Of a stretch of DNA of 41,932 nt, positions 25,169-33,654 are shown in pieces. Every line of letters begins with the position of its first letter. The first letter of the stretch is position 1. Below the pieces are notes generated by a model. It worked only from the letters and a program-made list of their open reading frames with translations, was not told the origin of the DNA and did no database searches. The stretch lies in contig JAFUEM010000016.1 in assembly GCA_017463935.1 (NCBI GenBank), positions 1 to 41,932 on the forward strand. Reading direction: 5' to 3'. This stretch comes from Kiritimatiellia bacterium. GTDB lineage: Bacteria; Verrucomicrobiota; Kiritimatiellia; RFP12; UBA1067. A program made the position numbers and the translations under genes.

Positions 25169-27715
25169 ATGTCGTCAAATATCGAAACTGTTTTGATAAA
25201 GCGAATCAGGTCTTTGTCGGAGATTACACCTGAGACAAAAGACTTCGTCTATACGTTGGATTCAAAGGATGGCGTGTGGCGAGTAAGGCCATCAACAATC
25301 GGAAGGAAAGACATAAGAGACGGCAGGCTGTTCTACATTGCAAACTTCGAGTTTGATGCGCCAATCTCCTTCGAGAAGGTTTGGCACCATGACAGGCCGA
25401 GCGGGATAAATGCCACAGCAGTCTTCAGGTTCAGGCTGAGGATTGGCGCAAGCGGGGATGGTGGCTTCGAACAATGGCTTGCCGCCAACCAAAGTCGGGA
25501 TGAAGTGACAATTGGCGATTTAGTTGCAGATGTCCATTCGGCGCTTGAAGCATATTTCAAACACGGAATAGATGCAAATTCTCTTGATTTAATACTGACG
25601 CATCGTTTTGAGGCCTTTATTGATTCTAAGAAAGATGCAGATAGACTTCTGCCGAAGTGGCTTGACTTAATCGAGATAAAGGACTTGTATGCCACGCCGC
25701 TGCCGACGGAAGAGGAGATCAAGCTCGAAGAAGAGAAACGGCATCGCGCCGAGCTGGCGAAACGGTTGCGCGACATTGATGATCAATTTAATGTTCAAAT
25801 TGCCCTGAACAAACTTGATGACGCAGAAAAGGAGTATAAGAACCGTTGCGAACTGAGGGAGAAGTTGCATGAGCAGACTCTGAAGGCGATTGAAATTGCT
25901 CGAAGGAAAGCAGAACTTGAACTTGAAGAGCAACAGACGACGACGGAAATAGAAAAAGAGCGTCTTAAAAAGGCTGTGGCAGAGACAGAAAAAGTTTATG
26001 CAGAAATCAAGAGAGAAAATAAGAGGCTTGAGCAAGAGATAAAAGAAAGCAATGCGCGGATTGTTTTAAATTCGTGGTGGTTCAAGTTGCTACATAGTAC
26101 GTATTCGCATTTTGTCTTGGGGGTTGTTCTATTTGGCGTGGTTGTTGCGTCTGTTGCATATATATTTAAATCACAGGGACGAGAAGAAATGTTACGCAAA
26201 TGCGATGCCCTAGGCGAGAAAGTTCATGAGTTGAAATGTCTCGGATATTCAGAGGTCCGTTTCGGATTTACGAATGAAATAGCCAAAGTCCGCAGGCTTT
26301 GCGATTCACAGCGAATTGTCTTTCATGCGGTTGAGGCTAAACGACTTATGTCATATGCTGATAATGCAATAGAGCAACTGGAAAGGGCTTCGGGAGAAAT
26401 CGATCCAAGAGAAAGTGACTATGTGGCTGATTTTGCTTATATGCGAGATGCTTTGTCTCGTTTGATTGAGATTGTTCCAGATAGAATTGCGAACAAAGAA
26501 AAGAGTAAGCGATTGCGCTTAGATATTGATAATCTACTCAAGGGGATGACTTATTGCAAGGGACAAAAGCAAATATCTGTTCTGACCTCAGATAAGTATG
26601 AACATATCAAATCCAGATACCAAGAGATTATGGAATTCAATTATTATGCAGATTTGGCAATACGGTTGAATCGGTATAGCGAAGATGGGATGCCTATGGA
26701 GCTAATTCAACAGAAGCAAACAATCTTGAGGAGGTTGCAAGATTTTCGACGTGATGCCGACTATTTCAAGGATGTGTTAAGGGGTGAGAATCTTTGTGAT
26801 ACATTGCTTGCTTATCCTGTTTTTATGATTGAAATGAATGGTTTGGATCGACTGGTTGGTGATATGCAAAAATCAGGATGCCCAAATACAAATGCGGTGG
26901 TGAGGGCAAAGGATTTATTGATGAAGAGTGCTCAGAAGTATGTAGTTGAAGGCGGAAGAAAGTTCAATTGGGATAATCTTATTGCAGAGGCAGGCAAGAC
27001 AAACGCAACATATGCACTGAGTCTCGAAGTGTTTAAGGATGAGATAGGGAAGCTTCAACATCAATTGATTTCATTGTATGTAAAAAAGAATTGGAGTGGG
27101 CTTCAACAATTGTTGAATGCGAATCGAGATAACATCGGTCGTGACATTTTGAACCGGTGGGAGGGAATTGCGCGCATCGTCGAAGTGGACTGCGAAACTA
27201 TCAAAATGATAGGCGAGATCAAAAAGAGCGAGCCTGCATTTTGCAGGGCGTTTTGGGACTTTTACAATAATCAGTCTTCAATAAAATTGTCACGATCAGC
27301 AAAAGATCGATTTGGATCAGGATTGTTGGACATATTGAAATCATATCCAAAAGAGTCTGAGATAAACGCGAGCAATGCCTATTTGCGAAGCCTTGACTGT
27401 AGGGGGATTGATGAGCAGAGAATGTATTTTAATAAGGGACTTTTACTTGAAATGCTTTATTTGATCGATAAAACGGCGCTCAAGGAATCTGATGTTAGGG
27501 CGGCATATGAAAAGGCACCATCAATAGGGGAGAGTTGGTATAGATTGTCAAAAATTGCTAAATGGGGGTTGTATGGCAACTCGTCGACGCTGGACGGCAA
27601 GACTGTCAAAGATGTTTTGTTCCGGCTGAGGCAGTCTAGCCGTAATTGTATGTGGCTTGATGAAAGGAAACATAAATATTGGGATGGTGTTATGACAAGA
27701 GAACTTGGGATATAA
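25169..27715 (+). CDS. Membrane protein: SPFH/band-7-like N-terminal domain, long coiled coil, TM, large helical C-terminal region
   Basis: SD GGAG before ATG 25169. E/K/R-rich coiled coil (EEEIKLEEEKRHRAEL...EQEIKESNAR). TM FVLGVVLFGVVVASVAYIF. The SPFH call is pattern-based. Confidence 0.6.
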   Translation: MSSNIETVLIKRIRSLSEITPETKDFVYTLDSKDGVWRVRPSTIGRKDIRDGRLFYIANFEFDAPISFEKVWHHDRPSGINATAVFRFRLRIGASGDGGFEQWLAANQSRDEVTIGDLVADVHSALEAYFKHGIDANSLDLILTHRFEAFIDSKKDADRLLPKWLDLIEIKDLYATPLPTEEEIKLEEEKRHRAELAKRLRDIDDQFNVQIALNKLDDAEKEYKNRCELREKLHEQTLKAIEIARRKAELELEEQQTTTEIEKERLKKAVAETEKVYAEIKRENKRLEQEIKESNARIVLNSWWFKLLHSTYSHFVLGVVLFGVVVASVAYIFKSQGREEMLRKCDALGEKVHELKCLGYSEVRFGFTNEIAKVRRLCDSQRIVFHAVEAKRLMSYADNAIEQLERASGEIDPRESDYVADFAYMRDALSRLIEIVPDRIANKEKSKRLRLDIDNLLKGMTYCKGQKQISVLTSDKYEHIKSRYQEIMEFNYYADLAIRLNRYSEDGMPMELIQQKQTILRRLQDFRRDADYFKDVLRGENLCDTLLAYPVFMIEMNGLDRLVGDMQKSGCPNTNAVVRAKDLLMKSAQKYVVEGGRKFNWDNLIAEAGKTNATYALSLEVFKDEIGKLQHQLISLYVKKNWSGLQQLLNANRDNIGRDILNRWEGIARIVEVDCETIKMIGEIKKSEPAFCRAFWDFYNNQSSIKLSRSAKDRFGSGLLDILKSYPKESEINASNAYLRSLDCRGIDEQRMYFNKGLLLEMLYLIDKTALKESDVRAAYEKAPSIGESWYRLSKIAKWGLYGNSSTLDGKTVKDVLFRLRQSSRNCMWLDERKHKYWDGVMTRELGI

Positions 27716-27758
27716 CCAATATCATAAACCTTAAATTTAACCGAAGGAAACAAACAGT

Positions 27759-30167
27759 ATGAAAGCAAAATTACTAATAACAACACTGGCGGTTGCCTCA
27801 TTGCCAATCATGGGCTACGCCGGAAGTCTTAGTCTTGACAAGACGACAGCGACACAGCAGGCAAAGGTTGCTTATGAATCCGGAAACTATGGTTTGGCAT
27901 TCAAGCTTGCGCAACAAGGTGATATGGACGATGGGCGGAATTTGTATTATCTTGCGGATATGTATTATAACGGAAGAGGTTGCTCGGTTGACAGGCAATT
28001 GGGACTGGAGCTAATGCAAAAAAGTGCAGAAAAGGGGGACCCTTTCGCCAATGCGTGGATCGGTCATTTTATTGATATACCTAAAGGCGATTACAAGTCC
28101 GCGGAGGGGCATCTGCGGATTGCTGTTGACCAAAAAAATTCTTTGGGCTACTTTGCGCTTGGCCGTATGTACGAGAAGGGTCAAATAAATGGAACCCCAG
28201 ATAAAGGAGAGGCGCTTAGATATTATCGTAAGGCCGTCACCGAAAGTGACAATCCAATGCCATGGATCTTGACAGCAGTTGGCGAGAGGCTTGCTGATAA
28301 TGGAGAGAACTCGTCCGCACTAGCGCTTTTCCGGCGGGCAGCAGAAAAGAAATTCCCATCTGCTCTGTTTATTCTTGGGCGAGCATACAAGTATGAATGG
28401 TACGGTCTGGTAAAGAATTTTGGAGAGGCGGAAAGATACTTAAAGGAAGCTATAGCTTGTGCCGAGCAATTAACAGCTGAGAGTACGGAATTGTCTGCAA
28501 TAATGGAATTGATTGGCCTTTATGGTGAACGAATGTCGTCTGGCGATTGTTCGGATTCAATTAGAGGGGCCATATATAAATATCATGAACGCCTATCTAG
28601 TTTAGACGCCAAGCATGAAGGCGATAAAGAGACTTTGGGTAGAGCATATTTATCACTTGGATTAATATATTGTGCGTATCTGGAAGACTATAAGCGTGGC
28701 TTTGAAGCATACACTGCGGCAGCAAATCTAGACAATGGTGATGCATGGGCTGATTTGGGGATTATGTATGAAAACGGTGAGTATGTTGCGAAGTCAGAGG
28801 AAGAAGCCAGAAAATGCTATGAGAGGGGGGCGAGTCTTAAGAGCGCTTGCTGTATGTGGAATCTTGCTGGAATTTACGATAAAGAAGGGGATAAAAACAA
28901 GGCGTTAGCTTTTCTTGTTGAGGCGCACTATCTCGATAAAGACGATGTCTTGATATTGGGCACATTGTTGAAAGTGCTGCAACGTGAAGGCAGGATACAG
29001 GAATTTAAACATATAGTTAGTCGAATTGATGTAGAAGCAACAGTTAGGAAGGCCATAGAGTCGGATGTGGATTGGTTGAAATTCAATTTTGCAACGTATC
29101 TAGATAATGGGTTGTTCCCGCTTGATAAAGGGAAATCCAGTGCAATGATGGCAGAGCTTTCTAAGAAAAGTGATTGTTGTGCAAGCGCACATATGGCTCA
29201 TGAAGCGATACTCAAGGGAGACAACAAAAAAGCTTTCGACTTGCTGACTATGGCTTATAAAGAAAATCCAAACTGTCCGAATGTGCTCAAGTTGTTGGGA
29301 GTAGGATGCCTTAATAGGCGTTGGCAAACGCCTAGGGATGGAATTGCATATCTTGCAAAGGCTGCTACACAAAAATCTCAATCTGCATGTATTACACTTG
29401 CCTGTTGCTATGCGTTTCCTCCAAAAGAACTTAATCTTGGCATCGTGAAGGATTATAAAAAGGCGAGGTTGTATGCGGAAATGGCCGCACAAGAAGAGGA
29501 ATTAAAGCCATATGCCGATGTGCTTATTGCATGGATTGATATTGGCGAGTCTGATATGATGCCGCAGTCTGAAAAATGCAAGAAAGCATTCAATGTAATC
29601 AAGAAGAACGCAGATGATGGCCGGGTTATGGCTTTTGGGCTCCTGGCGGCTTGTTACCAAAATGGTTGGGGGACATCTAAGAATCGTGCGAAAGCAGATG
29701 AGTGGTATGAGAAGGCAAGAAATTATCAAGGCCCTTCATTTATGATGGAAGGCTATAAAAGAAGCTTAGAGAAAATAGACGCTGGGAAAAAGAAATTTGA
29801 CAATTCTGAGAATGGATCGGATGTTGAAACGAGCAATAAGAGTGGCGACAAAGGAAAGTCGGTTGAAGCCTCGGTAGGTTATCCTCACGAATGGCCGATG
29901 CCCTTGGGGATGTTTCGTGGTGTGTTTGAGATTTGTGTTTCGCCAATTGATGCGTTTAGGGGGCTTGTTACAAAGCCATTTACCCATTTGTTCGGAGCTG
30001 TTGATCTAATTGAACGGGTTGGCGCTGGTGTCGCAGACATTTGTACTTTTGGTTGGGTTGGCAACAAACTGTATGGAATAAGTCGAGACTTTGAGATTTG
30101 GCCTTGGGGTTGTAATTGCGATGGTTGTAAGGTGTATTGGCGCGAAAAGAATATTGGTGGAAGATGA
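27759..30167 (+). CDS. Secreted SEL1-like (TPR) repeat protein
   Basis: Signal peptide. Repeats such as YYLADMYYNGRGCSVDRQLGLELMQKSAEKG, LGRMYEKG, LGIMYENGEYVAKSEEEARKCYERGA, LAACYQNGWGTSKNRAKADEWYEKA. Confidence 0.9.
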   Translation: MKAKLLITTLAVASLPIMGYAGSLSLDKTTATQQAKVAYESGNYGLAFKLAQQGDMDDGRNLYYLADMYYNGRGCSVDRQLGLELMQKSAEKGDPFANAWIGHFIDIPKGDYKSAEGHLRIAVDQKNSLGYFALGRMYEKGQINGTPDKGEALRYYRKAVTESDNPMPWILTAVGERLADNGENSSALALFRRAAEKKFPSALFILGRAYKYEWYGLVKNFGEAERYLKEAIACAEQLTAESTELSAIMELIGLYGERMSSGDCSDSIRGAIYKYHERLSSLDAKHEGDKETLGRAYLSLGLIYCAYLEDYKRGFEAYTAAANLDNGDAWADLGIMYENGEYVAKSEEEARKCYERGASLKSACCMWNLAGIYDKEGDKNKALAFLVEAHYLDKDDVLILGTLLKVLQREGRIQEFKHIVSRIDVEATVRKAIESDVDWLKFNFATYLDNGLFPLDKGKSSAMMAELSKKSDCCASAHMAHEAILKGDNKKAFDLLTMAYKENPNCPNVLKLLGVGCLNRRWQTPRDGIAYLAKAATQKSQSACITLACCYAFPPKELNLGIVKDYKKARLYAEMAAQEEELKPYADVLIAWIDIGESDMMPQSEKCKKAFNVIKKNADDGRVMAFGLLAACYQNGWGTSKNRAKADEWYEKARNYQGPSFMMEGYKRSLEKIDAGKKKFDNSENGSDVETSNKSGDKGKSVEASVGYPHEWPMPLGMFRGVFEICVSPIDAFRGLVTKPFTHLFGAVDLIERVGAGVADICTFGWVGNKLYGISRDFEIWPWGCNCDGCKVYWREKNIGGR

Positions 30168-30386
30168 CCGTGAAAAATGTAATTGACGGCTGATTAATTA
30201 TTGCGATGGTAATGGCCATGCGGATTCTCCCCGGTAGCAATCCAGCTAACGGGGAGAATATTCTAATGCAAGGAGTAAGCGGTGAACTAGATGAAGTTAT
30301 AATGCTCCACTCTGAATGTCAGATTTTGCCTTTCCCACCGTCTCTATTGCTGTGAAGAACAAACGAAATAAGCAAAGGAGGCTGAT

Positions 30387-30635
30387 ATGGCGCTGCTAAA
30401 AGGTTTATGGTGGGTGGTAAAGTCAACGTTTAAACTGGCATTGGTCTTTATCTTGGTGTTAGGAGCGATGTGGGCGTTTGGTTTCGTCTCGGCGGCTATC
30501 GATGGTGGAGCGTCGCCTGCGAATCCTGTCACGATTGCGGAGTTGCGTCTACGCCAGAATCTCAGCGACCGCAATTCCTTGACCCGACATGGCTATAAGA
30601 CGTATGTCGACCTTGTCGCGAAAGCGATGAAATGA
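30387..30635 (+). CDS. Small single-pass membrane protein, unknown function
   Basis: Strong SD AAGGAGG. Hydrophobic LALVFILVLGAMWAFGFV. Confidence 0.6.
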   Translation: MALLKGLWWVVKSTFKLALVFILVLGAMWAFGFVSAAIDGGASPANPVTIAELRLRQNLSDRNSLTRHGYKTYVDLVAKAMK

Positions 30636-30899
30636 CTGCCGGAATCTTGAATGTACGGATTTAAACTTTATGACTTACATTGCAAGGCGTTGGCATTGGT
30701 CACGAAAGCAAAGGATGCCTACATGGATTAACGCTGTCAAAGCAGATAGGCTATGCATAAATATGGAATATATCCAGCATGAACAGATTTTCAACGTGCT
30801 GGGCGGAAATGCGTTCCGTATAGGGGTTGTGAATTGCGAGGGAATATGGTCCACTCGCTCCAAAATGACTTTCCCTGTTAAGATAATGGAGGATGCAAT

Positions 30900-31379
30900 A
30901 TGATGACAAAAAGAAAAATTCCCGTTCTCGCGGCAGGAATTGCCTTGGCGCTGTGTCTTGCGGCGGTTTTCGGCGGGAGCTGCCTGCCATACGATCCTGC
31001 GGGGGCGGGAGGCGACGAGTCGTTTCTTGAGTGTTGTGCCGTGTGTTGTGTCGTCGCCGGGGTGATGTTTCTCCCCGTTGCGTCGGTGTGCTTTGCGAAA
31101 AGGCTGTTCGCCGGACGCAGGTTCCGCTTCATTCTTTCATGGCTTGTTGGATTCCTAATTCCTTGGTTGTTGCTTGTTTATGAAACGTACTTTCCTCAAG
31201 TTCCGCCTGAAGGCAGCTATTGTACGGAAGTAGAGCAATGTTTTCAATTTGCAATATTTATCGCCATTATAACAGGCGTGGTCAACGCCGTCGATTCGCT
31301 TGTGGAGCGGTTGCTTTGTAAGCTTTCAACTCAAAGAAAGGATCCATCAAATGAAAATGAAGTGTCCATTAACGCTTAA
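30900..31379 (+). CDS. Hypothetical membrane protein (about 4 TM)
   Basis: SD GGAGG. Four hydrophobic segments. Confidence 0.55.
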   Translation: MMTKRKIPVLAAGIALALCLAAVFGGSCLPYDPAGAGGDESFLECCAVCCVVAGVMFLPVASVCFAKRLFAGRRFRFILSWLVGFLIPWLLLVYETYFPQVPPEGSYCTEVEQCFQFAIFIAIITGVVNAVDSLVERLLCKLSTQRKDPSNENEVSINA

Positions 31380-33570
31380 AATCTGCCACACATTGATTCT
31401 ATCTTCAGCCATGCTGTCTGGATGTATTTCCGGCAACAGCGACAGCGGCGATGCCAATGCGGAAGCAGAAGCGGAGAATATCGTCAAAACCATTTCTTCT
31501 TGGCTTGAACCGTACAAAGGCAAATTGGGCACTCTGGTTAAGCGTGAGGGCGCAACAACATATCTTTACGGTAGTTTTGGGACTTTCCAGTCTGTATTCA
31601 ATAGATTTCATCTTACCTTTGTCATTGATGCGGAGGATCGTGAAGTTCAATGCTATGGTTATCTGCCTACGATAGTATGCGAAAACCGGCGCAGAGAGAT
31701 GATAGAGTTCATCTTTCGCGGCGAATTTGAATACGGACTTTCCACGGCATCGATGGTTCTTGAAGATGACGGGAGCGTGAGATGCCAGGCGTGGTCGCCG
31801 TTCGAGAGCTTTGCGCTCCAACCAAAGGAGACGCAATGGCGACTGATAGGCGCAGTTGTTGACAAACTTTTGTCGTTCTCCGAGGGCGTGGCAGGCGTTG
31901 CGCTTGGCGGCGACCCGGCAGAGGCGGCGGGAGAGATAGAGCGCAAATCCTTCTTCGAGAGAATGGACGAGACGTCTGCTCTTGAAAGGGCGGCGGATGC
32001 CGATACGAAGATTGTCCTTGAGAGGTGCTTCGACAAGGATGACGAGATAGAGGTCTCGGATTCTGGTGACAAATGGCTCGGTGCATTTGCCAGACGTGGC
32101 TGGGACGCCCGTGTCGGGATCATCAATGGACATTTTGAGGATGTTGTCCGCGATGTTGGCGGACTGTATGACGTACTTCCCTATTCACTTGTGGTGAGAG
32201 ATGGCATGGTGTGGAATATTTGCAATGTTCCAGACGAGTGTCCCAACGAGGCAATTGGTGAAGTCGCCGAAGCGTTGATGAAGATAAACCAGAGCTTGAG
32301 GTGCGCGACGTTCGGAATCGATTTCAATACCGGCAAGATGTGGAGTCATTATGCAGTTCCGGTGTCGGTTATTCCAAGTTGGGATGAAAGACCGCATGGA
32401 AACCTTTACGGTGCGTTCATAAAAACAAAAGCGGTCGGGAGCGTTGCGAAGAATTCAGAGGCTTTGCATTCGACAATGGTCAAGGTTCTGCTTCGTGCGG
32501 ATGATGCCGAAGTGTCCGCCATGGTGAGCAGAGAATCGCTGTCGCGGCAAGCCGAGATGGTCGCCGCTTGGTTGCGGGAGCATTTGAATGAGACGAAGTG
32601 GGAAGTCGCCACGAACAGGCTTGGACGAATCTGCGTGTTCGGGGTGGTGCGTGGACTTGGATCGAATGCCGACGATTGTTCGTTAGGCTTCGACCTTGAC
32701 GATGTAGGCGGGGAACTTGTCTGCCGTGGTGTGCTGACAAAAGCCGTGCCAGAAGAAAAGCGGACGGATGTTCAGAAATTGCTGTTCCATTATGGTTTTA
32801 GAAGTCGCATCGGCGCATTGTCGCTTGACAAGGACGGGCGGGTGCGTTGCATCGTGTCGGTTCCGCTGCTCGCTTTGCGAAACGATCCGGACGGCACGGT
32901 CCGCAGGCTCTCCATCAATGTCTTGATTCCCACACTGGTACTTTCGGATGCTGTTATGCGCGTCTGTCGAGATGGGCAGAAGCCGGAGGAGGCGTTGGAC
33001 GCCGCGGAATTTCCGCGCGATGTGGAGCGGGCGCTCATGGGTTTAGACGATGATTCCTGTGATGCAACCTACGAAGAGGAAAAGGTGATAGAGTCGTGGT
33101 TCAATGCCTTTGGCGTCAGGTACGAACGAGGAATCGAAACAGAGCTGACGGTTTACTACCGTAACAAGGACGATGTCGGTCAGGGCTTGCAGGAGTGTTT
33201 CGTCATGTACGGGGCTATGGTTCTGTCCCAATGCCGCTTGAAGATAGAGATACCCGAAGACCGACGCGAAGCCGTTACCGCTTTTGTGTTAGCGTACAAC
33301 GCGACGCATTCCGTCGTCAACATTCACATGGGATATGTCAGTGATCCGGGCGATACTATCTATTTCCAGTACGTCATGCCGGCTTCTGTTCTGCGGGCGC
33401 AGAAGCGCAATCCTGTTGCGGAGGAGCATTTCAGGCGTCTGATGGATACTGCTTACAGTCACGCATTGGAAGAGTTTGCGAAGATTCAGGAGATCGTGCG
33501 AGGCCAACAGGGGTTGGACACGAACGGCGTCAACGACGGCCCGGCCTGTCATTCGTCGACAAATCGGTAA
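31351..33570 (+). CDS. Putative lipoprotein with four YbjN/T3SS-chaperone-like domains
   Basis: Lipobox-like LSGC. Four repeats of the pattern (V/I)PE..R..V..hh...N......h.hD..G.h, e.g. VPEEKRTDVQKLL...LSLDKDGRV and IPEDRREAVTAFVLAYN. Confidence 0.65.
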   Translation: MKMKCPLTLKICHTLILSSAMLSGCISGNSDSGDANAEAEAENIVKTISSWLEPYKGKLGTLVKREGATTYLYGSFGTFQSVFNRFHLTFVIDAEDREVQCYGYLPTIVCENRRREMIEFIFRGEFEYGLSTASMVLEDDGSVRCQAWSPFESFALQPKETQWRLIGAVVDKLLSFSEGVAGVALGGDPAEAAGEIERKSFFERMDETSALERAADADTKIVLERCFDKDDEIEVSDSGDKWLGAFARRGWDARVGIINGHFEDVVRDVGGLYDVLPYSLVVRDGMVWNICNVPDECPNEAIGEVAEALMKINQSLRCATFGIDFNTGKMWSHYAVPVSVIPSWDERPHGNLYGAFIKTKAVGSVAKNSEALHSTMVKVLLRADDAEVSAMVSRESLSRQAEMVAAWLREHLNETKWEVATNRLGRICVFGVVRGLGSNADDCSLGFDLDDVGGELVCRGVLTKAVPEEKRTDVQKLLFHYGFRSRIGALSLDKDGRVRCIVSVPLLALRNDPDGTVRRLSINVLIPTLVLSDAVMRVCRDGQKPEEALDAAEFPRDVERALMGLDDDSCDATYEEEKVIESWFNAFGVRYERGIETELTVYYRNKDDVGQGLQECFVMYGAMVLSQCRLKIEIPEDRREAVTAFVLAYNATHSVVNIHMGYVSDPGDTIYFQYVMPASVLRAQKRNPVAEEHFRRLMDTAYSHALEEFAKIQEIVRGQQGLDTNGVNDGPACHSSTNR

Positions 33571-33654
33571 ACTAAGGATAAATGGTTCTGCTTTCTGTTT
33601 TGATGCTGGGGATTGTCTCCGTAGCGGAGTTAATGATATGAAAGGATCTTGAAA

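Larger units (their letters stand above)
11600..33600. mobile_element. Low-GC accessory region (putative genomic island); boundaries approximate, no mobility gene seen
   Basis: Hand GC counts: 70% (601-660) and 68% (39601-39660) outside; 53% (15001-15060) and 35% (26521-26580) inside. All genes co-oriented. Confidence 0.6.

Noticed and set aside
30168-30899. Integron attC sites or cassette array in the spacers
   Set aside because: No convincing RYYYAAC...GTTRRRY pair with internal symmetry, and no integrase.
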